Counted from the first letter of the whole stretch, positions 47,182-61,360 are shown. The stretch: 63,322 nt of DNA, filler included, from Rhabdomonas costata (GCA_019059605.1; 53 parts of 53 records of this genome joined end to end with filler, not necessarily neighbours in it), one strand, 5' to 3'. Program-made: numbers and translations. Notes: generated by a model from the sequence alone, not told the origin.

Positions 47182-48086
47182 GTGACTGTAATGTGTGTAA
47201 GTGACGTCTGTGCCATGGAAAAATCTGCAAAGTGGTGGTTCCGATCACTCAGGTGCGGGTGCGTGGAAATGCATCCACGGATCACCTGGGCGAACACGAT
47301 CACCACCGCAGTTGACAAGCTTTTGCTGTGAAAGCACAGCACCCAACCCAACGCCAGCGTGGCCTCCCTTGGATTGAGGGTGCGAAGTTGAAGGAGGGAA
47401 AGGGAACGAGAAACTGAAGAGAAGAGGCAGACCAAAGGAATGCCCTGGATCCGTGACGGCCACAACGAACAAAATCTGCACACTCACCCCGAATTATCGG
47501 AGAAAGGAACACGCCATGCACTGACAACGTAATATACGAGGAGAAAACTGGACTTCCCACCACACGGCCATACGAGGGCATCGACCAGCCAGTAAGAAGC
47601 CAATGCCTTGATCGAATTGAACATGCCTCTCCACAGCCAGGCCTTTTACTCATTAGCAAGCAAAGCCCCCACAAAAATTTTCTGCATTTCTTCACTTAAT
47701 GTGCAATGACTAAATGAGACGAGCCGGGCCTGGGACCATTTTGCGCGCGCGCGCGCACACACACACACACACACANNNNNNNNNNNNNNNNNNNNNNNNN
47801 NNNNNNNNNNNNNNNNNNNTTAATTAATTAANNNNNNNNNNNNNNNNNNNNNNNNNNNNNNNNNNNNNNNNNNNNAGAGATGAGAAGCCGGAAGGTGGTA
47901 CGGGAAACCTGTGCAGAGCTCAGAACTGCGGGTAAGCACTCCTGGAAAACAAGAGTGGTAAGGTAATTCTCACTCATTCGTCATCACAGAGGTTCAGCCC
48001 CGTATGAGAGCGGCATTCAGTCGCTCCAGCTCTCAGTGGTGGCTGGCTTCCTGTGCTGGTGTGCATGAAGGGGGGGGGGGCAACAG

Positions 48087-48323
48087 GTACATGGGACTTA
48101 TGTTCTTGTCCCCTGGTGGCGGAGAGGGTGGGTCGATGTCCCCACTTCCCGCCTCCCCCACGGCTCTCGGGGGCACCGAGGCCACGGCGGCGCTGGTGCT
48201 CGAGTACGTCCCATGTGGCAGCCTGGAGGGCCTCCTGCACACCTACCGCGCCATTGCGCTGCCCGCGCTGCGGGCATACGCCCGGGACATCCTGGCCGGG
48301 CTGGCCTATCTCCACGCCAATGG
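48087..48323 (+). CDS. STE11/MAP3K-like Ser/Thr kinase internal exon (subdomains IV-VIa)
   Basis: CAACAG|YMG...LVLEYVPCGSLEGLL...RAYARDILAGLAYLHANG|GTGCGG. Confidence 0.88.
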
Positions 48324-49797
48324 GTGCGGCACTGCTGACTCTCCATGAATTCCTCTTATCTGATCTCAGGGACATCCATGATGATCCATTGCATTCAAGT
48401 ATTACGTCGAAGAGCTTCTTTGTTATCAAGGATGCTAGAGAAGAACAACAAAGCAAAAAAAAAGCTTAACACAGAACGTTTAGAACAGAGCTCGGGCTGC
48501 CTTTTGTTTCTGGCCTTATTTCAGCTGTAAACTCACATACAACACGCGTCTGTCGAATCCTTTAAGAGTCTGGGGGGACATCGGTACAGATTGTCGGTGC
48601 AGTGATCCAAGCAAGGATCACGCACACTCGCAGTGGCGATTATTGCCTTCATCTTTGGACGTCAATGCATTGGCTTCCTATCGGGAATCATGACTCGATA
48701 GCAATGGTCTCTTGCCTTGAGAGGCTACAACAGCTGACAGGGATTATCTCCTCAGTGCTCTTTAGGGGGAGCCGTTCATCAGACGTGCCCTTCTGCAGGA
48801 CACAGACTCTGACTATAACGGTCCTGTTAGGGAACGCTCGTCCCGATCATCCCTTCCTCTGGTCTCCACCCGCGTACTACCAAAAACCCCATGTCTTTTC
48901 TCAGTTGCTTGCTTTGGCTCTCTGGCACGGGTGGATATCCGGCCCCACACACCCAACCACACCCAACACNNNNNNNNNNNNNNNNNNNNNNNNNNNNNNN
49001 NNNNNNNNNNNNNTTAATTAATTAANNNNNNNNNNNNNNNNNNNNNNNNNNNNNNNNNNNNNNNNNNNNTTGTGGGTGGCAAGACACGGCAACGCCTCCC
49101 ACGACAACATCGTCTGTTGCTTTCCTGGGAACTCCCTACAGCTCCATGAAGCTGGGGTGCAACTGTACAGGCCGCGGAAGACCTTGATTTTGACTCCCTC
49201 TGAGATACAGAAGGGGTGGAGTGGGTTGAGCTTAAGAACGGAACTGGGAAAAGGTAATCTGGGTCGACGAGTTACTCGTTCGGGACGGGTGTGAAGACGC
49301 CTTCACATCATGGAACCTAGAAGGAGCACTGTGCAAACTTCTCCAACTCGCGGATGAAACCATGTTTGATTTTGGTTTCCCTGGTTTCAACGTATCCCCT
49401 CGGACTCACTTGCACCCGCTGTTGTGCGGACACACCTCTTAAGCACATGCAGCGACTTACACGTCTCCCCCATGTTATGCCATCGTGTTTAGTTTAGAGT
49501 TGGAATAGGCCGTGCATCTTTTTGTAGCTGCTTGTCCTTGAAATCTGGGTATTTCTTAAAAATCCTGAGGCTGAGAACCTCTGCTGTGGCCGATTCTTGC
49601 GCTCTTTGCCACGCAGGCCGCTGAATAAACCAATGCCGTTGATTAGTACCAGTGGTTGTTCAACTGGGTCATTGCATAATGATGAGCGGTTGGATCGCTA
49701 GCCATCTTCGAACGAACTAAAATCGAATTGCATCCAAGAAAAACGCACACGTGTGCGGACCGCGAGTGTCTTTGCTACCCTTACTCCATGGTCTCAG

Positions 49798-49946
49798 TTC
49801 ATTGGGGACTGTATCATGGCGCTGTGGAATGTCCCGCGGCCCGTGGAGCGCCACGAGGAGGCCGCAGTTTGGGCGGCGATGGAGATGCAGTACGGGCTGG
49901 TGGAGCTGAACCAGAAGTGGAGGCAGATCGGGATCCCCGCTGTTAG
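49798..49946 (+). CDS. Class III adenylyl cyclase catalytic-domain exon
   Basis: TCTCAG|FIGDCIMALWNVPRPVERHEEAAVWAAMEMQ...LNQKW|GTTGGT. Confidence 0.9.
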
Positions 49947-50489
49947 GTTGGTGTTTTCGGCTTCGTTATGTGGATGCTTCGTTGCGCGACTCTGGTTCTG
50001 TGCGGAAAAGTCCTCGTTTTGCCCAATCATCGTGGAGCTCACACCCTCAACTCAGTGGTGTGCGGCGTGTATCCATTTCCAGACAGGTGAAAAAATTCTC
50101 AAAAACGGAAGCATTCACAGAACATCGCGTCCAAATAGGTTTCGGATTGGCACCAACACGGACACNNNNNNNNNNNNNNNNNNNNNNNNNNNNNNNNNNN
50201 NNNNNNNNNTTAATTAATTAANNNNNNNNNNNNNNNNNNNNNNNNNNNNNNNNNNNNNNNNNNNNGCTCCTTTCCCCCAGCACCACTTCGATGCTCCTTC
50301 TTCAAGCGCTCAACATTAGGTTTCCAGAAGGCCGACCACAGTGAGATAAAAAACAGTTCAAAGGTGCTCTTTCAAGCAATTATTGCGTCAAGCAAGGATG
50401 CAACATGGATCAAAACCCTTCAAATTTTCTTCCATTTATTCTCGAGAAGAGCGTATTCATTTTTCCAGATCAGCACGGAAAAGAAACGT

Positions 50490-50521
<32 letters not shown>

Positions 50522-50566
50522 GGAGCATCGGGAAGCGACAAGTGAGCTGGAGGGTTTATAGGGCAC

Positions 50567-50727
50567 CATAATTGAGGTGGTCAGGGAGGTAAACCAGTCT
50601 TGGCTCTGCTCGGGAGTCTCAGCACGAAGCTGGAACTCCTCTCCTGCGGCAGTCACAATGACAATCACAACCCACTGCCCCATTCGCCGGGTAGACACCT
50701 CCGCGTCCATCAAGGAGAACGTTTCAG
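50567..50727 (-). CDS. PH-domain C-terminal exon
   Basis: IVIVTAAGEEFQLRAETPEQSQDWFTSL; GT donor after ATTATG. Confidence 0.7.
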
Positions 50728-51582
50728 CTGAGAGGAAGCGGTGAAACTGAACGAAAGGCAAAGAACCGCAGATGAAACCCAAGGGGGACACAATAGTATG
50801 GTTCGCGCCATGCCAAAAAGAGAAGAGAGAAACCAATGCATACAAGTGTTTGACAAGTTTGCAAGTTTACTTTCCCCAAACCCCAAGTGAGTCCAAGAAG
50901 TAACATTTCGGTGAAACGTTTTTCTTCTCACTTTTTAGTTGCACGGGCAATATATCGGGTGTCTCATTTAAAATGTGGCAATTTATTTTGGAATAAAAAT
51001 TACAAAAAGCTGTTCGCGAACCTGGGCTTACTTCGCTTATGAGCTCCACCATGTCCAATTTGTATCACAGGTTATTGCCTCATTTTAAATGGGACACATG
51101 GTATGAACACTGCTACACAGAACATCAACAGCGATGACTTCTTTCTCCGAAAAAGGTGCACTCCAAGCAGGCCTGGTGAATGGCAAAGAAGTGAACGGCA
51201 GCTAAACTCCACCTGCACCCGCCCACTCAGTGGATTATTCACATCAGTGGATCAGAGTATTACTGACAGCGTTGCTCAAAGAAGTTTGCAACGAGCTGCA
51301 ACGTGTTTGGATGGACACGGTCTTCACCATCTAATCCTTGGCAAGCTGCCCCCCCCCTCTCNNNNNNNNNNNNNNNNNNNNNNNNNNNNNNNNNNNNNNN
51401 NNNNNTTAATTAATTAANNNNNNNNNNNNNNNNNNNNNNNNNNNNNNNNNNNNNNNNNNNNGTGTGTGGGGGGAACAAGAACGGGTAGAAGCAATGGAAA
51501 AGGGAAGGGCCCAGGGTCAGGCAGCTGGGAGGAAATGGCGGGAAGGTTTCCGGACCATCCCCCCTCGAACGGTGAAGCCTGG

Positions 51583-52460
51583 TCAGACTATCAGGGTGGT
51601 CAGTCCAAACCCCAGGGAGGCAATCAGCAAAAGCATCACCACGGAGCAGGGCAGCCCAACGTGAAGATAGTCCGTGACCGACAGGTAGGGCTGCTTGTAG
51701 TCGTCCTCGACCATTAGAGAGTTCACGTTGGGGAACGAGGAGAAGGGCAGCGCCATGGCACTGAATGGGAGGAGGAGGGGCACCCGCACACCTCCAGAAA
51801 GCGAAGCAACTACAGCACCACGGGTGGCGTCATTCATTGAGGTTGAGGCTTAATTTGACACGTTCACCTGAGCTGTTGACCAGGCTACCGGCACATGTGA
51901 GAATAACAGTTTCAGAGCAGCCATACTGAACAGTGAAACGCATCACCACGCGAGGCATACTCGTACTTTAAGTACACTAGTGCACCATCCCATCCCATCT
52001 TTCATCACCCCCGCAAAAATCAATTGCACCACATCCCCATCGAGCAAGAAACCCCCTACGTCGTCTTCCTCGCACACACTCTCCTGCCCTATGCACACAC
52101 ACTGGTTAGCGCCCTATCAGATCCCGTTAGATCCCCTACAATTCCATTCTGAAGTGAGCGAAGGCAGGAGAATACGGTGCGGTCTGGGGGAGGGGGGGGG
52201 TGTTTACAAACCCAGAAATTGCAAGGGTACAGCACATCGTGGGGACCATGGGCGAGCCCGTGGCCCCGGCCAGCTTCACGATGATCGGCATGAACACGAT
52301 TGCGGAGACGGTGTGCGAGACAAACGTGGACATCCCGAAGATGCACACGCACAGGTCAATCGTCAGCCACCACGGGGAGTTCACCGGGAAGTGCGGGACC
52401 AAAACGTTCAGGATCTCCGTTAGCAGCCCAGACATGTATATTGCCTCGCCCAGTACGTGC
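51583..52460 (-). CDS. Pho87/Pho91-like (SLC13/DASS) phosphate transporter, last two exons (52460-52212, 51760-51583)
   Basis: STFVSHTVSAIVFMP, in-frame splice SG|AMALPFSSFPNVNS, YLSVTDYLHVG, stop at 51583. Confidence 0.88.
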
Positions 52461-52681
52461 CTGTGTGGAGGGTAGATGTCTGCGCAGAACCGAAGGCGTG
52501 AGGTATGGTGCCCTCCCACTGGTCCTTTCAACCTCTCCAGCTCCCAGCCCACAACCCNNNNNNNNNNNNNNNNNNNNNNNNNNNNNNNNNNNNNNNNNNN
52601 NTTAATTAATTAANNNNNNNNNNNNNNNNNNNNNNNNNNNNNNNNNNNNNNNNNNNNTTGTGGAGGGGGAGGGGTGCACAG

Positions 52682-53076
52682 GACACTGACATCATGTTTG
52701 ATCTGACGAACCTTCTGCGGAACTGCAAGCAGACCATCCCCAAGCAGCTGGCCGAGCATGAAGCGAGCAAGGTTGACCCGCTTCCCGGAGCTCAGTCACC
52801 CGCTCCTGCGCATTTTTGTGGCGTTTTCCCTGCTGTGGAATTAGCGACGGCAAGCTGGCAAGCTGGAGTCAAGTGCAAAGCAGGTCTTGGGGTGGGTCAC
52901 CTTCACTGCTGTGTGTTTGTTTGTGAATGCCGGAATCTGGAGGAGCAGCGTTTATGAACTTCGAGGCTGTTTAGAGTTTCTCTCATTTTCTTCAACAGGC
53001 AAAGCCCGGGAGCTCGGAATGGATGAACCGGAAGCGAAAAGACACTGTGATTTACGCAAAGAAGACTCAGTTCTGA
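52682..53076 (+). CDS. PRP28: DEAD-box splicing helicase Prp28/DDX23, last two exons (52682-52771, 52999-53076)
   Basis: DTDIMFDLTNLLRNCKQTIPKQLAEHEASK|AKPGSSEWMNRKRKDTVIYAKKTQF-stop matches the recalled DDX23 C-terminus (FYDL...PELARHEAS.KPG...TIFA). Confidence 0.8.
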
Positions 53077-53861
53077 GCCATCGGCCAGCCAATCTCTCCG
53101 CCGATTGGACCCTTGTTCCCCCACCACCGCCATGCAAAACCCCTTTGGCTTCCACGGGCCCATCTGCGGGCTGCGTCCCTCCGCAGACTGGATTGCCCCA
53201 TAGCGGGCTGGGGCGGAGGGTGGGACTTGGTTCCGTTCCTTCTTGCTCTTTCGGGATTTGGATCGCCCTGCGTGGGGGTAGCGGTAGAAAGCGCTTGCTC
53301 CATACTTTTGCGGGGCGAGGCGCCCCCTCCCACTTGAATGGCAGTTGACAGCTCACTGTGAGATACCCTTTGTGCTTCTGTTGTGTGTTGCCTCCCGCGT
53401 TCAAGCAGAGTCTGGCGGACCAAAAGAGGTGGGTTCTGGTGGAGCTTGAATCGGCCGTGGTGCTACCAGTGTAACTTCGCAAACGGACAAAACCACATGT
53501 GAATTCGGAATCCCGACCCTCACTTTTCGGGCCGTGAGTTTTCTCGTGCTGTTTTACGGGTTGCGGTCGGGGCTGCGCCCAGCGAAAGCCACCCAAACAG
53601 TGGATGAACGCGAAGCTTCCTCGGGGGCAATCCTTTGACATCTGTTTCTTCGTACCCATCCCAGCCCGCGCTCACTCTCACCTGCAGGGCTCACCCCTTT
53701 TAAGACTCTCTTGCCTTTCCTCCAGCGTGTCGTTGGACAGACCACACAACACCNNNNNNNNNNNNNNNNNNNNNNNNNNNNNNNNNNNNNNNNNNNNTTA
53801 ATTAATTAANNNNNNNNNNNNNNNNNNNNNNNNNNNNNNNNNNNNNNNNNNNNGTGTGGGT

Positions 53862-53921
53862 GGAACAAACGCAGATCGATTTGTGGTGAAAGTCCTCATC
53901 AAGTCGATCTGCGTTTGTTCC
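53862..53921. repeat. Inverted repeat at contig start (18-bp arms 53862-53879 / 53904-53921)
   Basis: GGAACAAACGCAGATCGA and reverse complement. Confidence 0.93.
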
Positions 53922-56900
53922 GCTCATGTGCAAACGACCCACACCGACTTCTCATCCTGAGTATGCAGCATTGACTCGCCATAAGAGAGCACGAGAATCC
54001 GCCTCAGTCAAAGCCGAGCCAGAGGATTTCTTGGCGGTTGTCTGTTCTTTGAGTGCATGAGCGTCGTTGTTGACGAAGTATTCAAAGCATCACCAGTGCG
54101 ATGCGACCAGTAACATATGGGCTGAGAGGCTTGCCCGCGATGCGGGGGGCGCAGGCAGTTCCACGGCCAGAAGGGGAGAGCTCTTTGCCATCGCTGTCAG
54201 AGCAACAAACCACGTAACCGTGCGATGTTTCATTCAATTTGAATCATTCTTCACAGCTTTCACGCATGGCCAGTTGAACATGTCCATGAGAGCGCTTGCC
54301 TGCCTCTCGCAATGCGTGTCTGCTGTGGCGAAGAAATGAAATTCATATAGCTGCAGGGAAAGTTAGGTGAGGCCTCCCATCTTCTCGCGGTCCTGAAAAG
54401 GTTTGGGACGAGAGAGGAAGGCAGAAACGTGAAGGGCACGAAAAAGGCATGACGAAAGGAAAGCAGAGCGTCACCCGCGCCTTGTCCCGTAGGTTTCAGA
54501 AAGAGCTTCGGTCTTACTTTCTAATTAGGAGAAGGCCACCCTCCTGACAGCATAGCTGTGGCACAAAATACAACCCCGGGTCGCAGCAATCAGCCTCCAA
54601 TGAGCAATTTTCTGAAGTGAAGAGAATCTCTGTTCATCCCAAGACCCCAGCAAAGGCAAACACAAAGACATCGAGACACAATCCAGAGGTCCCCAACCTC
54701 CAGGCAGCTGTGAATTCTGATACGGAAATGAATTTATCAGCAACCACTGCACAACACCCAACACATTCGCGCAAAGGTGTGCCCACAAAGAAAGGCACGT
54801 CTACACACTGCCAAACACCAACACACATACACAGAAAAACAAACCCATCCGCGAAACTTCCACGTACCAGATGAAAACGGTGCCAGGACAGGTGCGCGCG
54901 ATGTTCCCTCGCTTGGGCCCTCTCACAAGCACCATAACACAGTTGCAAANNNNNNNNNNNNNNNNNNNNNNNNNNNNNNNNNNNNNNNNNNNNTTAATTA
55001 ATTAANNNNNNNNNNNNNNNNNNNNNNNNNNNNNNNNNNNNNNNNNNNNTGCCGCAGTGTGTAAAGGGGGCGAGTGGGAGGAGGAAGGAAGGGAGGGAAG
55101 CGGACGCTTCCGTTGGTAATCATCACGCATGCGGAAACCCATTGAGCTTCCAGGAAACTGACCGAAGACAGCTCAACTGGGAGAGAGAGAGATCGTGACA
55201 GAGAGCGTTGCGCCCTCGAAAGGAAAAGAAGGTGAGAAGTGAAGGAAGAAGCTTTCTGGGGTGAGAGGAGAAACTGCGGGGCCGAGGGTCAAATGGCACT
55301 TCTTTCAGCCGCGGGTGTACAGGTAAATGTGTGCATGCGTGTGCGTGGGTAGGTGCTGAAACCTTTTTGCAGCCAAGATGGTATGAGATGCAATGCAAAG
55401 AAGTTGGCTTGACTGCGTACACAGCACACAGAACCGTTTATCCCGTTCCTGGTCACAGGTAAAATATCAGTGATCAACGGGGACGCACTACCACTTCGGC
55501 ACAGGGAGAAGCCAACCTACCATCCTACCCCACCCTACTCCCCTACCTACTACCTACTACTCGTTTAATTGTTGCTCTTTGGACTCCGTACCACCCATAC
55601 ATCACTGTCAGTTGCCCATACATCCACGCATCGGCCCATCATCAACTGAAGGGTTAGCTTTTTGGCAGGCATGTGCTTTAATATGCATGGTACTGCACGC
55701 CGCGGCTTTGGCATCCGCTTTGCTGTGTGTGTGTAATGCCCCCCCCTCCAACCCGCGGCTTCAAAAAGCATCTGACCCATCAAAGGAGCAGCAATGAGAG
55801 AGTGAGAGGATACACAACTTCAGCACCGAACAAAAAGCCAACAGTTACACCAACATTACCTGGCACCTCGAGAAGCAGAACAAGCCCGGGATGCCCTTGT
55901 CAAGCTGCCGTGCGGGGATCAAGAGCATATGCAATATATACGGAGGGGTGGGCTGACAATGAGCGTCAGGCGGGGACATCCCTGCACGGCAAGCAGGCAC
56001 GCCAGCACTACGCAAGAAGGCAAAGCAAGAAAGCAAGGGGTGGGACATTCCGACAACGGATATGTGGATGGGGGCTATTCGCGGAGGAACGCCGGGGAGA
56101 AGGGGCGGGGGCTGAATGCGAAAGCGGACGCGTGAAAACAGCAAGGGGTNNNNNNNNNNNNNNNNNNNNNNNNNNNNNNNNNNNNNNNNNNNNTTAATTA
56201 ATTAANNNNNNNNNNNNNNNNNNNNNNNNNNNNNNNNNNNNNNNNNNNNGTGGGTTGGTGCATGATGGTGTTACGGAGGTGCAGGGTGCCGACCGCCGCC
56301 AAGGGGAAGCGAGGATGAGCCTGAGAAGCGAGGGAGCGGCAAATTCCAACTTCAGAGCGTAAGCGCAGGCGATTCCGTGCAGAAGTGCTACCCTTCATTT
56401 CCTACTTCTGAGAGACGAACCCCCGGGCATTCCGCTTCTCCGGAAATGGGTTAGTAGGTATGTGATACACCTCATGTTGACAGATGGGCTCTTGTTCAAA
56501 CACGCGTTTGCCGGGTGTGTGGGGGTATTGAGATGAAGCTTGGTTCCTGCGATTCAAACAAACAGACGATTCCCAGAGATTGAGAACAATGAACGGTCAT
56601 AGAGATTTTGGAAGTGTTACAGGGCTAGGCAGGTCCCCAAACCAAATTTCGCATCGATGCGGCGATATCCGACTGGTCTCGGATATATCTTGAGCCTTTG
56701 ACTCTAAAATCTTTGGTTCTTACCAAAAGTAAACCATGGGCCAGAACAGCAACGCACTTATGATAAAAAATACCAGCAAGGAAGTTTGTAGGAGGAAGGA
56801 GTGTGACTCCAAGTAGCAGACCGGCAGCACCTCTGAAAAATAAAAGCAGTGCAATCAAAACCAAATTTCCCTGAAATTCCGCAGCCACGGGCCTGGCATC

Positions 56901-58039
56901 TGGCACCAGTAGAGGTTGTTTTGCTTCTCATTGGTTCTCTTGGAAACCCAAACAACCCCATTTCAAGAGAGCTGGGTAAAAGGCATAAAAGAGTTAAAAA
57001 AAAATACAGTAGCCCGAAGGCATAAAAGCTCGCATATATTCGAAAAATGTGACTTAAGTGCAAACGTCACGGCCCTTTGTCCACAGCCGGGGTGCCCATC
57101 TTCAATGTTTCATTTGGGCGTACACCCATCTTTCATACAAGTAGCTGTCTCTTCCATGTCAACTGCCACAGAGTATCTTAAAGCTATCCTCAATAGTCTG
57201 CCATAAGAAACCTCCAAAGCGGCTCGAATCAGTCCAAACCTTAAATCCCATAAAGCGAAGCATACCATCTCTGAAATCGCACTGGCAGACCGCAGCGTAC
57301 CGCCGCACAACGGCTGAGTCCACAACCTGCGGTCGCACCACCCCCNNNNNNNNNNNNNNNNNNNNNNNNNNNNNNNNNNNNNNNNNNNNTTAATTAATTA
57401 ANNNNNNNNNNNNNNNNNNNNNNNNNNNNNNNNNNNNNNNNNNNNGTTTTGTGTGAGAGCTCCTGAAGCATCAGCTCCGCCATCCAAAGGGAAGTTGGCA
57501 GCGTCCCGCTAGCGTTTTGGCGCTCCGTCGGAGAAGGCTGCAGGTCTGGTCCCAGCCAGACCGACCGGCCCATCCACAGCAGAGAGTCCCGAATTCTATC
57601 AAATATGGCCTTCTGCTCCTGCACCTGTGGTTCCGTGCGGTGATATGGAGTCGGTGTCTGAAACAGGATAATGTGATACATGTGCTTTTTATTGGAAAAA
57701 ATAGGAAGTCCCGCCCCGGCGTCAAACAAAAGTATGGCCCCCGTTCACACTAACAGCGAGGATTTTTGCTATCCTCATCAACAATCAACGAAATGTGAAA
57801 CGACACCGCACAAAAGCAAAGAAGAAGGGATGTTCCATTTCATAAATTTCATGTCTTTCTCTATTTTTTCAGGTGGAAAATATCACTTTTAGCAAACACT
57901 TCTCACTCTTAAAGTGAAGCGGACAATACCTATTTGGGTATTTGAAAACAGGTAACACATAAATGGGGGGTGGCATTCACTCCAACCCCGAGAACACAGT
58001 GGAACCCAAAGCGAAGTCACAGAAGAAGCAATGACCAAC

Positions 58040-58186
58040 CGTCGGCTGTCCAGAGGCCCCGCTCTGCAGCTGCTTGGTGAGCAACTCCGCCTCTGCAGTG
58101 AGCTCGGCCATTGCAGGGGCTCTCCTGGCCTGCACAAACACTTTGGCCTGCTCCAGCGCTTCCACGACACAAGCGCAAAGCTTGGC
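58040..58186 (-). CDS. Internal exon of hypothetical helical protein
   Basis: GCACAG|AKLCACVVEALEQAKVFVQARRAPAMAELTAEAELLTKQLQSG...|GTTGGT. Confidence 0.45.
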
Positions 58187-58641
58187 CTGTGCACAGGAAC
58201 GAGATTCACATGCAACATCCTCTTGGGTTGTGGAAAAAGACTACTCACTGAAGGTTGTGTCACAATGGCCCATTTTTCTGGGGACACTTTTTCACTGAAC
58301 AACTCCAGTTTTAAACAGTGCAGATAAAACCACACCAGAAAGCGACATGACCAGGGGAAATCGGAAGCAAAGAACGATGTGCAGCAGCGGGCGAGCTAAG
58401 AGGTGAGAATAGGAAAAACAGCACAAAATCAGCATGTGGTCACATGTCCTAAAAACTATTTTCCGTTGGTCACGCACGCACACACAAAACCACACCCATG
58501 CACCCAGCAACATATTAGTCCTCAAAACAACACCAAACACANNNNNNNNNNNNNNNNNNNNNNNNNNNNNNNNNNNNNNNNNNNNTTAATTAATTAANNN
58601 NNNNNNNNNNNNNNNNNNNNNNNNNNNNNNNNNNNNNNNNN

Positions 58642-58789
58642 TTTTTTCCTGGCCTCTAATGTAATGCGGAACCTCCCATTCTCTTCGTCACTCGTATCGA
58701 GCGGTCTTCTCCCCCCGAGAGAATCTGAACACCCACACAATGGCGGAGAGAATGGGAGGTTCCGCATTACATTAGAGGCCAGGAAAAAA
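58642..58789. repeat. Inverted repeat at contig start (43-bp arms 58642-58684 / 58747-58789)
   Basis: TTTTTTCCTGGCCTCTAATGTAATGCGGAACCTCCCATTCTCT and reverse complement. Confidence 0.97.
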
Positions 58790-61360
58790 GTGACTAGGAG
58801 TAGTATATCCACGTCTGGTAGTTAGGCCATTGCAAGTGCACAAAAATATGTCCGACCAGCCACGCAACTAGGATCACCACCGTCGGAGAGGTTGGCAGAG
58901 CACCACGAGTGTGAAAATGCAGGCAAGAGACAAAAGCGAACAAAGGAAAATAGTGGTGAAACAACAACACCTCGTCTGGTCTATCGATCAGCAACTTTAC
59001 GGAATTGACAGCAGCGGTGTGAAGGGCCGGATACGCCCGCGGCCCTGCAAGAAAACCACTACCAGGAGACCCAACACAAAGAAAGCACACCGTACCCGTT
59101 GACGATTTAATATTGTCACCGTCTGTCATTTCTTTTTTATTGCGATCATTCTCTTTCTGGATTTCTTTATGTTTGATGATTTCGGGAAGGCTGTGCTGGT
59201 CACAATCTTAAACTTCCGACACCATCATTTTCTTCATGGTGGGCAGATCCAGACGTAAAAAAACAGCCAAATACTGAGAAATGAGCGCAACTGCACAACG
59301 TAAATAACGCAATACACAGCATATAAAGACTTCCTGTCACCTGCAGTGCCCGGAGAGTTGCTTGCGGGCCCTGAGAAGGCAAAATGCAAAGATGGCACAG
59401 CGTTTTGAGACTGAATCGAACGATTCGTGAACGCGTCCCACCTCCTTTTGTAAACCGCAGATCTTCAGCAAGCAACGTCAGCCTTTCCTTTGAACAGTAC
59501 ATCTCACAAAGACATCACAGAAGAGGACACTGGAGAACGAGTAAAATACCAGGGGTGGTGTCCCGAGCGACGGAAACGGAGACGTCGTCTCCGCTACGGG
59601 GAGGGGTGCGCGAGCGCTGCTCGAGATGGGACTGCCGATTCGCTTTCCTCCGGAAACTCCGGAACACATTGCCCATCTCGGCCCAACTCCCAGGCGAATC
59701 GGCAGTCCCATCTCGAGCAGCGCTCGCCCACCCCCCCNNNNNNNNNNNNNNNNNNNNNNNNNNNNNNNNNNNNNNNNNNNNTTAATTAATTAANNNNNNN
59801 NNNNNNNNNNNNNNNNNNNNNNNNNNNNNNNNNNNNNGGGGTTGGGTACCAAGATGCAGATTTAGTTGCCTTTTCAGGATTATTTTTGGGATCCTCTTTT
59901 ACTTAAAGTTTTTTCCATTTCTTTTGCTTCTGTTTGGGTACCGAGGAGGGGATCGCTTCCGCAAGAAAGACAGCTGCGGTGCCCAGGATGCAGTGTGTTC
60001 CGGGCAGTTCCCCACGAAGCCCCCTGGGAAGTCTGAGGGAGGCGGCGGCTTCTGCCTCATCTTCGGCCGCACACCTCCGAGCCCCCGCTGCTGGGGAGGG
60101 AGCCGCCCCTGAGGCGCGCGCGTGCGCTTGCAAGGGGACGCCCACAAGTCTCTCGCGTGAACTTGGTCACAGTGAGGTGTGTATGTGCGTGTGGATGTGT
60201 GTACGTGTGGTGGTGCTTGCTCCTCCATGTCTGCCTGGGTGTTTTCCTGCAGGTCTCACCCTCTCACTTTCTATATATAACATGATTATGTGTTCCAGTC
60301 AGGGCGTACAGAAACCGCCCCTGCATTCCTTGCAGGCTGTGCACCTGACGACGGTCACTTGTCTTATTGTTGGGATTTTCCGTGGTCTTTTCTTCGCGGA
60401 AAGGACTAGAACAGTTTGCGTGTATGTGCGTGTAGGGGAAGGTATGAAATTCTCGAACTACTCTTTGAAGTTATGAAGGGGGGGGGGTTCGAGCACCTTA
60501 TCTATCCCCACTGCACGCCTCCGGACCTGCACCCGGTTCTCAAGGAGTGACCCCCGGAAATGGAGGGACTAGAACGGACGTCGTCGGTTGAAAAAATTTC
60601 CCATTAGGAGCTCCCTGGGACAGAGCCCGAGCTGGAGCAACATTGGACAGGAGAACATGGCATCATGGCACGAATAAACATGGCACAACTTAAGCTAAAC
60701 TGGCGGGTGGCGCCCATTCTTGATGGTTTGACCGTTTGCGGTCACCACCGTGTGCAATATCACAAACACAGCAAAGCAGCTAAAAAAGGAACGTCAGCCC
60801 AACAAAATGAAGTGCTGTGCTGGCAAGGATTCCACTCCCGATCCGGAACGTCCATCCTCATTTTGGTTGAAATATCCAATCCAAAGTGAGACGAAACAGT
60901 ACACCCCCATACCCAGCAAGCAACCCAACACANNNNNNNNNNNNNNNNNNNNNNNNNNNNNNNNNNNNNNNNNNNNTTAATTAATTAANNNNNNNNNNNN
61001 NNNNNNNNNNNNNNNNNNNNNNNNNNNNNNNNGGTGTTGGTGTGGTTTTTTAAAGACTATTTTTACATGAACATCGTTTACGATTCTGATTCTGTTGGAT
61101 TTCTGTGAAGGTGGCCTCATGCTGGTTCCTTCCGAAAATCCGCAGCACCCAAGGGAAAAGCTGTCATCAGTGGAAGAAAAGGCTGTTTCTCATCAGAAGA
61201 CCTCTTCGGAGGCATGTCTGGTGGTAGCGCAAAGACATTCCCGTGGTACTTTCATATATCGCTGCACTGTGTACTCAAAGAGTGGGCTCTGTCATCACGG
61301 ATCGCGAGCATTGCAGCCCTCCCTCTCTCCTGTGAAACTCCTGCGATCTTTCTCCTGCAG

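Noticed and set aside
52952-53659. 235-aa minus-strand ORF
   Set aside because: Antisense to the Prp28 last exon and 3' region; no motifs.
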